DNA from: Candidatus Brocadiia bacterium | GTDB lineage: Bacteria > Planctomycetota > Brocadiia > SM23-32 | NCBI GenBank assembly: GCA_046538485.1 | Contig: JBKHIT010000032.1 | Coordinates: forward strand, 1-53,909 | DNA: 53,909 nt | Direction of reading: 5' to 3' | In this document: piece by piece, positions 7,477 through 18,769 of the stretch | How the letters are laid out: the number at the start of each line of letters is the position of its first letter | Numbering within the stretch: the stretch's first letter is position 1 | Notes under the pieces: generated by a model | What the model saw: only the letters and a program-made list of their open reading frames with translations | Database searches by the model: none | Told to the model about the DNA's origin: nothing | Made by a program: the position numbers and the translations under genes

Positions 7477-10011
7477 TTATTGCTCTTTGTCTTTCTCTTT
7501 TTCCCCATCCGTCTCCGGCCCTTCATCTTCCCTGTCGGGGGCATCCTGATCCTGCTCTTCGCTCTCTTCACCGTCTTCAGGTTGTTCCTGTTCCGCAACG
7601 ACACGAGCCAAACCTATCAGTTTATCCTCTTTGCCGAGCGAGACAACTCTGACGCCCTGCGTATTTCTTCCGATACAGCTAATGCTCTCGGCGGGGATAC
7701 GAACCATTTTGCCCCCTTCGGTCAGGAACATCAGTTCCTCATCCTGTGTCACCGCGGCGGCTGCCACAACGGTTCCGTTACGCTCCGTGGTCTTGATGTC
7801 GATCAGGCCTTTCCCTCCCCTGTGTTGTGAAGAGTAATCCTCGAACGCCGTTCGCTTCCCGTATCCGTTCTGGCAGACAGTCAACATAGTGGCGTCCTCA
7901 CGTACCAAAGCCATATCCACAACCCTGTCATCCTCCGCGAGTCGAATACCGCGGACACCTTTGGCCGTTCGCCCCATGGACCTCACATCAGATTCGTGGA
8001 AACGGATTGCCTGGCCCCCGGCAGTCGAAAGGATAACTTCGTCATCGCCGCTGGTCCTCAGCACGCTCACCAGGCGGTCGTCTTCCTCCAGATTGATGGC
8101 TATGATTCCACCCGATCCACGTTTTCCGAAAGCATCCAGTGTCGTTTTCTTCACAGTTCCCTGTTCGGTCGCCATGATGAGGAAATAATCCTCATCGAAT
8201 TCCCGAACGGGTATCAACCCCGTGACCCGTTCGCCATCTTCCAATTCCAGCAGATTAATGATCGCCCGCCCTCGTGCAGTGCGGCCCATTTCGGGAATCT
8301 CAAAAACCCGAATCCAGTAGACCTGCCCGTAATTAGTAAACAGCATTATATAATCATGGGTCGACGAGACGAACAGGTGCCCGACGGCGTCTTCCTCTTT
8401 GAGATCCGCCCCCACAACACCTTTGCCCCCACGCCCCTGAGCGCGGAAAGCATCGATGGGCACTCGTTTCACGTAACCGCCGACACTGACTGTAACGACG
8501 ACATCTTCTTCGGGAATGAGATCGGCGCGGTTGAGATCTTCCACCGCCCCCGTGATGCCCGTGCGCCGTTCATCCCCGTATCTTTCCCGTATTTCGTGCA
8601 GATCTTCCCGAATAATATCAAGCACCAGATCGCGGTCTGCAAGAATCTTGCGGTAATCCTGGATTTTGTCCTGCAACTCGTCATACTCTTGATCTATCTT
8701 CAGCTGTTCCAATCCCACAAGCGTCTGTAAGCGCATGGCGAGTATCGCGTCGGCCTGCCGGTCAGAGAGCGAAAAGCTATCGATCAGTCTCTCCTGCGCT
8801 TCTTCTGTTTTCTCGCTTGACCGAACGATTGCAATAACTTCGTCGATATTGATCAGAGCCGTTCTCAGCCCTTCAAGCACGTGCGCCCGATCTTCAGCCT
8901 TGCCCAACAGGTGAGCCGTTCGGCGTCGGATGACCTCGACACGATGTTCCACATACTCGGTCATAATGCGTTTGATACTCACCGTTTCCGGCCGGCCATC
9001 GATGATCAAAACGAGCATTATGCTGAAAGTACTTTGGAGAGGGGTCCGGCGGAATATCTGATTGCGGACGACCTCGGCATCGGCACCTCTCTTCAGCTCC
9101 ACGGATATACGGGTGCCGGAAGAATCGCTTTCGTTGCGGATATCGGAGACACCTTCGATCGTGCCCGCTTCCACAGCATCGGCCATCTTCGCCACGATGG
9201 ACTCACGATTTACGTGGTAGGGCACTTCGGTGACAACGATACGATCACGCCCCTTTGAACGTTCTTCTATCTTGGTCCTTGCCCGCAACGTAATTGTGCC
9301 CCGGCCGGAGGTATAACCATCCAGAATCCCGGCTCTCCCACAAATGACTCCGCCCGTGGGAAAATCAGGGCCCGGAAGGATGTCCATAATTTCCGAGACG
9401 GATATATCCGGGTTTTCTATGCAAGCAACGATAGCATCGCAAATCTCACAGATGTTATGCGGAGGTATACTTGTGGCCATCCCGACGGCAATTCCGCTAC
9501 AGCCATTGGCCAGCAAATTCGGGAACCGACCGGGTAACACCGTAGGTTCCTGGCAGGTCCCCTCATAGTTATCCACAAAATCCACGGTGTCGAGATTTAA
9601 ATCATCCAGCATATCAGCGCCGATTCTCGTCAGGCGGGCCGCCGTGTAACGCATGGCCGCCGGAGGATCTCCATCGAGCGAACCAAAATTGCCCTGCCGA
9701 TCAACCAACGGATACCGGAAACTAAATGGCTGGCCCATCCGCACAAGGGTATCGTAAATGGCCGTATCACCGTGCGGGTGGTAGTTTCCGTGCGTATCAC
9801 CCACGATTTTGCCGCATTTACGGTGTTTAGAACGGGGACCAAGACGCAGCTCATTCATCGCGACAAGAATGCGTCTCTGAACGGGTTTCAGCCCATCGCG
9901 GACGTCAGGAAGGGCACGGCTGACAATGACGCTCATCGCGAACGTCAAATAGGAATCCCTCATCTCATCTTCAATGAGGATCTTTTCTGTTCGGTTATCT
10001 TTTTCTCTCAT
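7477..10011 (-). CDS. gyrA: DNA gyrase subunit A
   Basis: [22 protein letters not shown], catalytic AAMRY (Tyr122), GyrA-box QGRGGKG, six C-terminal pinwheel blades and an acidic tail. Confidence 0.97.
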   Translation of the reverse strand: MREKDNRTEKILIEDEMRDSYLTFAMSVIVSRALPDVRDGLKPVQRRILVAMNELRLGPRSKHRKCGKIVGDTHGNYHPHGDTAIYDTLVRMGQPFSFRYPLVDRQGNFGSLDGDPPAAMRYTAARLTRIGADMLDDLNLDTVDFVDNYEGTCQEPTVLPGRFPNLLANGCSGIAVGMATSIPPHNICEICDAIVACIENPDISVSEIMDILPGPDFPTGGVICGRAGILDGYTSGRGTITLRARTKIEERSKGRDRIVVTEVPYHVNRESIVAKMADAVEAGTIEGVSDIRNESDSSGTRISVELKRGADAEVVRNQIFRRTPLQSTFSIMLVLIIDGRPETVSIKRIMTEYVEHRVEVIRRRTAHLLGKAEDRAHVLEGLRTALINIDEVIAIVRSSEKTEEAQERLIDSFSLSDRQADAILAMRLQTLVGLEQLKIDQEYDELQDKIQDYRKILADRDLVLDIIREDLHEIRERYGDERRTGITGAVEDLNRADLIPEEDVVVTVSVGGYVKRVPIDAFRAQGRGGKGVVGADLKEEDAVGHLFVSSTHDYIMLFTNYGQVYWIRVFEIPEMGRTARGRAIINLLELEDGERVTGLIPVREFDEDYFLIMATEQGTVKKTTLDAFGKRGSGGIIAINLEEDDRLVSVLRTSGDDEVILSTAGGQAIRFHESDVRSMGRTAKGVRGIRLAEDDRVVDMALVREDATMLTVCQNGYGKRTAFEDYSSQHRGGKGLIDIKTTERNGTVVAAAAVTQDEELMFLTEGGKMVRIPAESISCIGRNTQGVRVVSLGKEDKLIGLARVVAEQEQPEDGEESEEQDQDAPDREDEGPETDGEKEKDKEQ

Positions 10012-11024
10012 AATTCTCGCTGTTCATGTCTCTTCGCTAAGCAACACAGCACCCAATCAAGCAAACTGTAGTAATCGTCATCCTGTTTTAGCTTCGTAAC
10101 CTTGTTAATACTACCTTCGGCCAGGTTACGCGTTCCTGCCGGAAAGAAAGCGCCTCTGCAGATTTTAACTAAATCAGCCCATAAAGCCTTCAAGTTCTGG
10201 CTAACACTCATCTTGCATCTCGACTCCAGGTACCTGTATCGAACTTTATTCTCGTCAAACCGAGCAGAATACAAATTACCGGACTTGCCGCTGACCAGAA
10301 GCGTGCACTGCACCCCACTGCTTTTCTCGCGCTCCACCGCTTTGAACCGTCTGTGGCTCCGCTCGAAATAAACACCGTCGATTTCTCCTCCATGCGAAAC
10401 CCTCAACTGCGTGGGGCCACCTCCTATCATCTGGACTTTTGCGCAGAAACCTGCGATCACGGCCTCAGGTGGAACGGATCGAACCGTACCTCGTTCGTCA
10501 GTTTGAAACTGCACTGCCTCCGGGCTGATACCGTAAAAGCGCGAAACCGGCAGCCGGTCAATTTCAGGAACATATCCCACATCCACAGCAAATGCATCGA
10601 TATCGAGTGCTTTCAAACGTCTCACCGCCACCTCGGCAGCGCTTTCCGTCAAATCTTTCGCAAGAATTCCTTGCCCCCGGGTAATTTGCATCTTGACCTC
10701 AACATCCGGTGTCTCGGTCAACTCACAGAGAACCTCCGAAGCAGCGATGGGGTTTACCTTCCGTTCATCGCGCACGCAAACGTAATATTTCCCTGTAGCG
10801 CCCGCGGGTTTCAAAGGACGCGAAAAATCTCCCGAAGAGGCCCCAACAGACTCTTCTTCAAAACCGACAGCTTCCTGCCTGTCCTCATTGTAGGTGTCAC
10901 CATCGCCGACCTCCACATCAGCCTGGCACACCGGGCATTTTTCACTCGCGCCCCGGCGTATACGTGCGACCTTAAATGTCGCGCCACAGGCAGGACAGGT
11001 GACCTGTACATCGAATTGGGCCAT
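10008..11024 (-). CDS. Hypothetical protein with N-terminal Zn ribbon and a central L7/L12-CTD-like segment
   Basis: CPACG...CPVC; ATG at 11024 with GGAAAG upstream. Its stop overlaps the gyrA start (ATGA). Confidence 0.75.
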   Translation of the reverse strand: MAQFDVQVTCPACGATFKVARIRRGASEKCPVCQADVEVGDGDTYNEDRQEAVGFEEESVGASSGDFSRPLKPAGATGKYYVCVRDERKVNPIAASEVLCELTETPDVEVKMQITRGQGILAKDLTESAAEVAVRRLKALDIDAFAVDVGYVPEIDRLPVSRFYGISPEAVQFQTDERGTVRSVPPEAVIAGFCAKVQMIGGGPTQLRVSHGGEIDGVYFERSHRRFKAVEREKSSGVQCTLLVSGKSGNLYSARFDENKVRYRYLESRCKMSVSQNLKALWADLVKICRGAFFPAGTRNLAEGSINKVTKLKQDDDYYSLLDWVLCCLAKRHEQREL

Positions 11025-11071
11025 TATACAATCTTTCCGGATTGACCAGATCCAGGTCGAAATAAAGAATC

Positions 11072-13558
11072 TCAAACGTCAAGATTACTGGCTTCCAATG
11101 CATGCATTTCAATGAATTCTCGACGCCGTTTCACATCCTTCCCGGCCAGAATGCTGAAGTAGTTGTCCGCTTCTATGGCATCGCCAACCGTAACCTGCAC
11201 AATTGTTCGCGTCTCGGGATCGAGCGTAGTTTCCCCCAGTTCGGTGGCATTCATTTCGCCGAGGCCTTTGTAACGATCAATGCTCAGTCCCTCGCGGCCA
11301 ATCTCACGCACACCGGCAACGACGTGGGAAAGCGAACCGACTGTTCTCTCCTCGTCATCCGACTTGATCGTGAACTTTGCTGGTTCCTGGTCCTCCTCCG
11401 GCGGCAGGATTGTATCGATCGGAATCCCACATGACTCGATTTCCCGCACGACACTGGAGAGACGTCCCGACTGGTGAAATTTATGTGGTCTAACCACATT
11501 TGGTTCACCACGCGTTCGGGCCAGGCCTTCGTAATCATCTTCTTCTATTATTTCCAGCTCTTCCTCGTACTCTTCCAGCCGCGCCGACAAATCTCTCACA
11601 AAATCGTCATACTCTGCCTCACTGTAGAAAAATTTCTGGTGCTCCTCACCTTCGCGGTCCGTGTGGACCACACGATACAGAGGAAACCGGTCGCCCGATT
11701 TCCCATCGCGCAGCCCAAGAAAATCCCCGAAAGGAATCCCATGCTGTTCCACAAGATGCATCATGCCATCCAGCACAGTCAATTGGTCGAGAAGGTTGCG
11801 GAATTGCACTGGGTCAAGTTGGGCACCGCTATCTTCCCCGTTCAGCGAATACTCAAGTGTCGCCTCCTTGGACCCCAGCTCAATCAATGCATCTTGCAAC
11901 GCACGGTCATCGTGTACGTATTGCTTTTTGCCGCTACGCTTTACACAATAAAGAGGCGGCTGCGCAATGTACAGGTGCCCGTGCTCAATTAGCCTGGGCA
12001 TTTGCCGAAAGAAAAACGTGAGGAGAAGGGTACGAATATGTGCTCCGTCGATATCGGCGTCTGTCATGATCACAACTTTATCATATCTCAGCCGCTCCAG
12101 GTCGAATTCCTCTGTGCCGATTCCCGTCCCCAGCGCTGTTATGAGGGTTGCTATCTCCTCATTCCCTAACATCTTGTCCACCCGCGCTTTCTCAACATTC
12201 AAAATGACGCCGCGAAGAGGTAATATGGCCTGAAATTGCCGATCGCGCCCCATGCTTGCCGTCCCCCCGGCGCTCTGTCCCTCAACGATAAAGAGCTCCG
12301 TTTCTTCCCGTTTCTTGCTCGAGCAATCACGAAGCTTCGTCGGCAGGTTTCCCCGACTCAAAGCCCCTTTTCTTCGCGTCAGGTCCCGCGCTTTCTTAGC
12401 TGCTTTCCGCGCACGTGCCGCTTCCACCGCCTTCTTAACAATTGTCCGCACAATGCCCGGATGCTCTTCGCAATAAACACTCAATTTCTCTCCGACAGCT
12501 TGTTCGACCAAACTCTTTATCCCGCGATTACCAAGCCTGGTCTTTGTCTGACCTTCGAACTGAGGCTCCGGCAGTTTGACGCTCACAACCGCAGTTAATC
12601 CTTCTCTATAGTCGTCGCCGGTTGGCGTAACGTCCTTCAGTTCATCGTTATCCCGTGCCCAATTATTGAACGTTCGAGTTACAGCCGTCCGAAAACCGCT
12701 CAGGTGCGTTCCTCCATCGACCGTATTAATGTTATTCGCGAAAGAAAAAATGACCTCATTAAATCCCTGATTATATTGAAGCGCTACCTCACATATCTTA
12801 CCGTCTTCTTCATCCTCCAGGCTGATCACGTTGCTGTGAACCGGGTCTTTTTCGCGGTTAAGGTACGCAACAAACTCCGTGATTCCTTCTTCGTAATGGA
12901 ACTCTTCTTCGTCCGACTCCCCTTCTTGCGACATGACGATCCGCGTTCCGCTATTCAAGAACGCAAGCTCTCGCAGACGATTGCCAATCCGATCAGAGTC
13001 AAACTCGCAGGGGTCGAAGATCTCAGGATCTGGCTTGAAAGTAACCCGCGTGCCCCTTCGGTTGCTGCGCCCCCGCTTCTCGACCGGAGTTTGCGGTTCT
13101 CCCCGCTCGTAGCGCTGATAATACATGTGATCATCCCGCCACACTTCGACCTCCATCCACTTACTCAAAGCATTGACGCATGAAACTCCGACTCCATGCA
13201 ACCCGGCCGATACTTTGTAGCTGTTTTTATCAAACTTGCCTCCCGCGTTAAGGGTTGTCATTACCACCTCAAGCGCCGGTTTCCCCGTATCTGGATGGCG
13301 ATCCACCGGAATACCACGTCCGTTGTCCATCAGCGAAATGCTACCATCACTATAAAGACGGACGGCTATCTCTGTACATTGACCCACCATAGCTTCATCA
13401 ATGCTATTCGCGACAACTTCCTCAAATAGATGATGAAGGCCTCTCTGCGCCGTATCTCCGATATACATCGCCGGACGCAGGCGAACGTGCTCAATCCCCC
13501 CTAAGACTCGAATGGACGAAGCATTATACCGATCTTTCTCTTTATCTTCTTCTGCCAT
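11072..13558 (-). CDS. gyrB: DNA gyrase subunit B (with long Toprim insertion)
   Basis: VRLRPAMYIG, DNGRGIP, GLHGVGVS, PQFEGQTK, FIVEGQSAGG, PLRG, MTDADIDG, RYKGLGEMN. Confidence 0.97.
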   Translation of the reverse strand: MAEEDKEKDRYNASSIRVLGGIEHVRLRPAMYIGDTAQRGLHHLFEEVVANSIDEAMVGQCTEIAVRLYSDGSISLMDNGRGIPVDRHPDTGKPALEVVMTTLNAGGKFDKNSYKVSAGLHGVGVSCVNALSKWMEVEVWRDDHMYYQRYERGEPQTPVEKRGRSNRRGTRVTFKPDPEIFDPCEFDSDRIGNRLRELAFLNSGTRIVMSQEGESDEEEFHYEEGITEFVAYLNREKDPVHSNVISLEDEEDGKICEVALQYNQGFNEVIFSFANNINTVDGGTHLSGFRTAVTRTFNNWARDNDELKDVTPTGDDYREGLTAVVSVKLPEPQFEGQTKTRLGNRGIKSLVEQAVGEKLSVYCEEHPGIVRTIVKKAVEAARARKAAKKARDLTRRKGALSRGNLPTKLRDCSSKKREETELFIVEGQSAGGTASMGRDRQFQAILPLRGVILNVEKARVDKMLGNEEIATLITALGTGIGTEEFDLERLRYDKVVIMTDADIDGAHIRTLLLTFFFRQMPRLIEHGHLYIAQPPLYCVKRSGKKQYVHDDRALQDALIELGSKEATLEYSLNGEDSGAQLDPVQFRNLLDQLTVLDGMMHLVEQHGIPFGDFLGLRDGKSGDRFPLYRVVHTDREGEEHQKFFYSEAEYDDFVRDLSARLEEYEEELEIIEEDDYEGLARTRGEPNVVRPHKFHQSGRLSSVVREIESCGIPIDTILPPEEDQEPAKFTIKSDDEERTVGSLSHVVAGVREIGREGLSIDRYKGLGEMNATELGETTLDPETRTIVQVTVGDAIEADNYFSILAGKDVKRRREFIEMHALEASNLDV

Positions 13559-13605
13559 CTGCTCTTTCTAAAATTACGTTCAAAAGTTCTACAGTCCGCA
13601 AACGA

Positions 13606-13935
13606 TTACTGGTCTCCAAGACAAAAACGTACTTCTGCGACGTCCTCTCCTCCTGAGGTGCGTCGTAACTCTTCAAGTATCGTCTCACGCATAAAACCAC
13701 TTAATTCCTGCAGGAGCACCGACGACTCAACTTCAACTCGCAGCTTCCCATCTTCATACGAGGCGATCCGCGTTCGGGAAGCAATCTCCGGCCCGGCAAC
13801 TTCCTCCCAAGCTCGCGAAACAGCACTGTACCTGCCCTTTTGATAAAACCGCTTTTGCTTCAGAACACGGGATAGAACCGCACCAAAACCCCGCGCGCTG
13901 GAGCGACTGTATCGAACCGTATCACCAAAAGTCAT
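13606..13935 (-). CDS. DUF721 / DciA-like protein
   Basis: AWEEVAGPEIASRT...GKLRVEVESSVLLQEL pattern; canonical position between dnaN and gyrB; ATGA overlap with dnaN. Confidence 0.85.
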   Translation of the reverse strand: MTFGDTVRYSRSSARGFGAVLSRVLKQKRFYQKGRYSAVSRAWEEVAGPEIASRTRIASYEDGKLRVEVESSVLLQELSGFMRETILEELRRTSGGEDVAEVRFCLGDQ

Positions 13936-15050
13936 TTCTCAGCCTCTTCACGCACAACCGGACTAACGACATATACATAATCCACCCCGCAACGAATCAC
14001 ACAGGGGGACCCCCGATCACTAAACTCCATCTTTACGCTCTCTCTGTCCACGACCTCAAGTACCTGCTGGATATACTCTGGATTGAACGCAATCTCTCGC
14101 TCTTCCCCATCATAATCAATCGGAACTTTAACTTGCGCGTCCCCAAGATCAGGAGACTGAGAACTCAGGACTAACAAACCATCCGAAAGAGTGAAATCCA
14201 CCACGCGCGTCTGGTCGGATGTCATAAATGAAGCTCGCCGCAGGGCATTCAACGTCGCTTTCGTAGGGAGCTCCGCTTTAAATTTGTTTTCTCGTGGTAT
14301 TACCTCATGGTAATTAGGGAATTGTCCCTCTACCAGCTGGCACCGAACCCGTCCACGCCCATTTTCAGCAAAAAACTGATTCTCTGTCGCCTGAAATCGA
14401 AGCGGTTCTTCACTCAATAGGGCCAGGCGAGCAGCTTGTTGTATGCCCTTTTTCATTACGATGCAATCAACGGTTTGTCCCTCTGGATTACTGACCTTCT
14501 TCTTTACATTCGCTAACCGTGCCCCATCAGCTCCTACCATCTCAAAATTACCATCTTCGTCAACTATAACTAATATTCCGTTCAGTGCATACCGTCCCTT
14601 TTCATCAGCGGCTGCAAAAGTAGTCCTGTCTACCATAAACTGTAAAACCGCTGGATCGACTTCGATGATGCTATCTTCAGAAACCCCTGATATATCCGCG
14701 TACTCTTCGGGGTTCTCGCTCACCATGTGAAATTGACCGTCCGAAGCTTTAAGAGTGACGGAACTTGCGTCTCCTTCCAGCGTTATCCTTTCATCCGGTG
14801 TCGCACGCAAAATGGGCGAAATACGACTATAAGGGGTAAGGACGGCTCCTTCCTCCTCAATTTCAACATTCTGGGCCTGGACTCGTAATCCTACCTCCAG
14901 ATCAGTTGCCGAAAGGAAAACACCTTCTTCGCTGGCTTCAATTTTTACGTTTTGGTAGATGGGCCGAGCGATGGTCGATGTGATGATGCTACCAACATGT
15001 TGAAAGGCATCATGCAAAGCTTCACAATCTGCAGTAAATTTCATGAGCAT
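13932..15050 (-). CDS. dnaN: DNA polymerase III beta sliding clamp
   Basis: 372 aa; LSATDLEV, RYALNG, ADGARL, LVEGQFPNY..VIP, IAFNPEY, YVVSPV. Confidence 0.96.
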   Translation of the reverse strand: MLMKFTADCEALHDAFQHVGSIITSTIARPIYQNVKIEASEEGVFLSATDLEVGLRVQAQNVEIEEEGAVLTPYSRISPILRATPDERITLEGDASSVTLKASDGQFHMVSENPEEYADISGVSEDSIIEVDPAVLQFMVDRTTFAAADEKGRYALNGILVIVDEDGNFEMVGADGARLANVKKKVSNPEGQTVDCIVMKKGIQQAARLALLSEEPLRFQATENQFFAENGRGRVRCQLVEGQFPNYHEVIPRENKFKAELPTKATLNALRRASFMTSDQTRVVDFTLSDGLLVLSSQSPDLGDAQVKVPIDYDGEEREIAFNPEYIQQVLEVVDRESVKMEFSDRGSPCVIRCGVDYVYVVSPVVREEAEK

Positions 15051-15099
15051 CTCTCCAATTTTGGATCTGTGTCAACCAAGGATATTGTATTCTTCTGAG

Positions 15100-15450
15100 T
15101 GAGTCTTATTATTCTTTTTCTTATTAGCTCTTTATAAATAAAAGATAGCAGTAATAATAATAAGAAGGTTCAAAGAAACGATTGATAAGGACGATGCCTG
15201 CAAGATGTTTCTGGAAACGTATTTAGCGGCGAATTGTTGGTAATAATAATTGTCGAAAACCTGTCGAAAACATTGCGAAGGGGTGTGCCAAACGGTGTTA
15301 TCTCTAAGAGACGCAATTGTAAAGTCTAAAACCCCCTTTTTTTGAACGAATCCTGTCGGATTATCAACAGTGTGCTGACATCTTTTGCACAGGTTTTCGA
15401 CGATGTTTTGCACAGAGAACTCGCGAGAATAATGGGTCTGTTTAACAGGC
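15100..15450. other. Putative chromosomal replication origin (oriC)
   Basis: AT-rich tract; trio-like runs TAG-CAG-TAA-TAA-TAA-TAA (15146-15163) and TAATAATAAT (15241-15250). DnaA-box matches: TGTCGAAAA (15251, 15262), TTATCAACA (15361), TTTTGCACA (15383, 15406; perfect TTWTNCACA), TTTTCGACG (15394). Lies directly upstream of dnaN. Confidence 0.75.
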
Positions 15451-15661
15451 ATCAGGGATGGGTTGGCATATGTGCCACGGACACGCCTTCCCTCTATATA
15501 TATAGTACAGTATAGCGGGGGTAATTATCAAGCGGGAAAGGTGGGAAAAACGCCCCTCTAAAAGGTGTAAAACGGCCGTTTTGTGCTTTTTTGGCGGGAG
15601 GTTTCCAGCGCACTTGCGATTGGGCGATAATACAGAAGAGAATACGGGTGGATTTTGGGGT

Positions 15662-17806
15662 TCATCCCCTGTTTTCCGACGAGGATCCATACAGCCGATT
15701 GCTTAAGAAAAGCTCGCAGAGACAGAGGAGCAGAACAGTTGCTATCAAAAAGGGAGCAAGCTCTATATTTTTCCAGCCCTTGCCCGAGCCAAACAGACCC
15801 CGTTGGGCTTCTGAAGTGTTGGCGTGGACCTTGATCAATCCGGCTGAGATGTAGTTCTGCACGTCGGCTTGAGAGATTCGGTGCAGGTCGCTCTCGTCCG
15901 GATCGGGGTTGATGAAGAAGCTGGTGTGCCACTTGTCTTTGCGACGCTCATAGTTAACGCGGTAGCGCCCCAGGTCGTCGGTATTCCAGAATATCCGTTT
16001 CTTGGGGTTAGCTCCTGGCATCACCCGGATTGGCTGCGCCTGCCCCGGGGGGTCCACAGTGATACGCGTTGGCCACGGTGAGGGCCGGACGCGGATCGGC
16101 ACGTGGTCTCCAACGCTGTGGGAAACGATTCGTCCCCCCGATGCGGGCACGAGCGAGAGAACGAGCTCCTGGCAGAACGGAACGAATTCCGGACGCCTCG
16201 CCAGGTCACTTGAGCGTCCGGTGAGGCTCCCACTGAAAACGGCCACCCGCTCCCCGGGCCCCCCGATTACGAGGGCAGGATGGTCGCCCGGGAAGCCAAG
16301 CATAACATGTGCGGATTCTGAAGGCTGTATTTTTGAACATGACGAGAACTGCGAGCGGGTTATATCGGCTCCCGCCGCCTCAAGGCTATCTATAAGCGGA
16401 TGATTTGGGCTGACAATCCTCGGGCTACCTGGATGGCCCGTTGCTTCGGTCAGGTCTGCGGTTCCATATGGAATCGCCGGGAGGGTCTCCCTGGCGGCAG
16501 GCCCTGAGTAATTTTTTGGTTCAATATTTTTCCCGAGGCTTACAAATAGGGCACCTCCCCCCGCGACAAAGTCGGAGATTCTGCGCCAACCGTTTGGTAA
16601 TGGACCGTTTCGGCTCATGATCGCAAGCAAGTCGTAGGAAGCGAGATCCTTTTGATGCAGTTTGCGTGGTGCGGCGATGTCGACTCGGAATATGCCCCTG
16701 CTGCTAAGCCACGGGGAAAGAGCTGTCCGGAAAAAGAAAGACCGCCCGGATCGGGGGTTCGATATGGTGTAGGTGTCGTCGATGCAGAGCACGGAGACGG
16801 AACGGGAAGCGTCGAGCGCGAACCCCCTGGTGTTATCTTGCGGTAGTGCATCGGGATTGAGAAGGCGAACGCGGCCCCAGTGGTTGCCTGGAGATGTGAT
16901 GGAAGCGCGGAATGTGAGCTCTTCGGTCCGATCCTCAACGAGGTCGATCTCGCGCCGATCTGCGATCCGACCGTCGAATTCGAACTGAACCAATTCGGTC
17001 GAGGGTTTACCGATTGCGACTATTTTCGTTCTGAGGGTCAGGATAGCGCCCTGAAGGACGGGCTCGCCGATGTGCTCTACGCTCGTGATAGCACGATTTG
17101 TAGGATCCTCATTTCCGCAGTCGATGATGTGAAGCGCTATATCTGCTCCGAGCTCCAGCTTTGATTGGTCGGGCGAAATGCCGACATCGCCCCAAGACCC
17201 GGCGGTCATGTCGGTGAAGAGGTATATGACGTTTCGACTCGCCCCTTTATCCTTCATTGCCGAGACTGTCCGCTGGAGCGCACGAGGCAGGGATGCCGGG
17301 CGTTCTGTGGCACGAATGTTCATGATCAGATCGTGGGCATCTGCTTTCTCACGCGTGAGCTGAATGCCGGGGAAAGAACTTGACGCGACAGCAATCTGGG
17401 CTTCGAAAGGGAGGGCTGAGACAACTTCAAGAGCTCGGTTCCGTGCCCGTGTAAACCATGACGTGCCGGCATGTCGGTAGTTCATGCTCAGGGAATCGTC
17501 CAGGACGATGGCGTAAATAGGCGCGGCGTTTGGTGCCTTTGCGTTCGGGTGGCCGGTGTCCGCCGGGGTTAGCATAGGGCGTGCCAGCGCCAGCGCAAGA
17601 AACGCGAGGATCGAGATCCGCAACAGGAGAACCAGGAGTTGCTTGATGCTGATTTTTGAACGGGTCTTACGTTTGGTTCGCTGCACAAATCGGACTGTCG
17701 CAAAGGCCACGTCCCGGATTTTTTGGCGCCGAAACAAATGCAACAGAATGGGCAAAGCAGCAGCCGACGCGAAAAAAATCAGAGTTGGATTCAGAAAGTG
17801 CAGCAA
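15662..17806 (-). CDS. BatA-N-terminal / vWA domain membrane protein
   Basis: FLNP...LPILLHL...LLLRI...LALARP; MIDAS LDDSLSM; YLFTD; later GATase-like region (ISDFVAGGGALFV); C-terminal NPDPDESDL plus TM. TTG start with GAGG. Confidence 0.85.
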   Translation of the reverse strand: MLHFLNPTLIFFASAAALPILLHLFRRQKIRDVAFATVRFVQRTKRKTRSKISIKQLLVLLLRISILAFLALALARPMLTPADTGHPNAKAPNAAPIYAIVLDDSLSMNYRHAGTSWFTRARNRALEVVSALPFEAQIAVASSSFPGIQLTREKADAHDLIMNIRATERPASLPRALQRTVSAMKDKGASRNVIYLFTDMTAGSWGDVGISPDQSKLELGADIALHIIDCGNEDPTNRAITSVEHIGEPVLQGAILTLRTKIVAIGKPSTELVQFEFDGRIADRREIDLVEDRTEELTFRASITSPGNHWGRVRLLNPDALPQDNTRGFALDASRSVSVLCIDDTYTISNPRSGRSFFFRTALSPWLSSRGIFRVDIAAPRKLHQKDLASYDLLAIMSRNGPLPNGWRRISDFVAGGGALFVSLGKNIEPKNYSGPAARETLPAIPYGTADLTEATGHPGSPRIVSPNHPLIDSLEAAGADITRSQFSSCSKIQPSESAHVMLGFPGDHPALVIGGPGERVAVFSGSLTGRSSDLARRPEFVPFCQELVLSLVPASGGRIVSHSVGDHVPIRVRPSPWPTRITVDPPGQAQPIRVMPGANPKKRIFWNTDDLGRYRVNYERRKDKWHTSFFINPDPDESDLHRISQADVQNYISAGLIKVHANTSEAQRGLFGSGKGWKNIELAPFLIATVLLLCLCELFLSNRLYGSSSENRG

Positions 17807-17815
17807 AGCTCGACC

Positions 17816-18721
17816 TCAGAAATGTTCTCGGCGGTTCGTCAGGTAAGTAACAAGCACGCGATCAAAAGAAACAGAAGTGTCGACCAGGACATAGTCGATA
17901 TCAGTCTCGCCACATTTTTCTTTGTAATAATCCGCGAACTGGCGGATTTCGCGCTGGTAATCTTCCTGGAGGGCCTCCGGTTGTACGACGACTTCTTCTT
18001 GTGTTTCCATGTCCCGGAATCTGGTCCGCCCTTCGTAGGGCATGGTGAGCTCGGCGTGGTCGAGAACTTGAAAGCAAATGACATCGTGACCCCGGTAGAT
18101 GAGGTGGTCGAGGGCTTCGATGATTTCTTTTTCGTTTTCATCAGGAGTGGGAATGAGATCGCTGAAAAGCACCGCGAGCCCGCGGCGAGGAAAGAGTTCC
18201 GCTGCTTTATGAAGGCTTGGCCCAATCCGAGAGGGTCGGTCTCGGGGTTCCGCGTCAAGTCCGCTGAGGATTCCCGTCAAGTGGCTCCGTTTACTTTTTG
18301 GGGGGACGTAGTGGACCAGATCTTCGTCGAAAGTGGCCAGCCCGACGGCATCCTGCTGATTTATCATGAGGTATCCCAGCGCCGCGGCCATGCAACAACT
18401 ATATTTAAGTTTAGTGATGCCACCGTACGAATATTGCATCGACGAACTCACATCCACCAACAGGTAGCAGCTGAGATTCGTTTCCGCCTCAAATTTCTTT
18501 ATGTAGTAACGATCCGTCCTGCCGTAGACGTTCCAGTCGATATTTTTGAGATCGTCGCCTGGGCTGTACTTTCGATGTTCGCTGAATTCCGTGGAGAAGC
18601 CCTGGTAGGGACTGTCATGAAGACCAGATATGAATCCTTCGACGATGAATTTGGCCTGCAGGTCCAGTCGGCTGACCTGTTGGATGACGTCAGGCCTGAG
18701 GTATTCTTCAGCGCTTGGCAT
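17816..18721 (-). CDS. DUF58 (vWA-like, MoxR-associated) protein
   Basis: GLHDSPYQGFSTEFSEHRKYSPGDD..IDW..GRTDRYYIKKFEAETN, VDVSSSM, FSDL. Confidence 0.92.
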   Translation of the reverse strand: MPSAEEYLRPDVIQQVSRLDLQAKFIVEGFISGLHDSPYQGFSTEFSEHRKYSPGDDLKNIDWNVYGRTDRYYIKKFEAETNLSCYLLVDVSSSMQYSYGGITKLKYSCCMAAALGYLMINQQDAVGLATFDEDLVHYVPPKSKRSHLTGILSGLDAEPRDRPSRIGPSLHKAAELFPRRGLAVLFSDLIPTPDENEKEIIEALDHLIYRGHDVICFQVLDHAELTMPYEGRTRFRDMETQEEVVVQPEALQEDYQREIRQFADYYKEKCGETDIDYVLVDTSVSFDRVLVTYLTNRREHF

Positions 18722-18769
18722 CGCTTTAAAAGTCAGTTAGAGCAATTATTTATTTCTTCACGTAGTATT

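Noticed and set aside
7477..13558. Possibility that the topoisomerase pair is ParC/ParE
   Set aside because: The intact GyrA-box, full six-blade C-terminal domain with acidic tail, GyrB insertion and position next to dnaN indicate gyrase.
15132..15452. 106-aa ORF upstream of dnaN
   Set aside because: It overlies the AT-rich DnaA-box cluster, has no recognisable motifs and is not DnaA-like.
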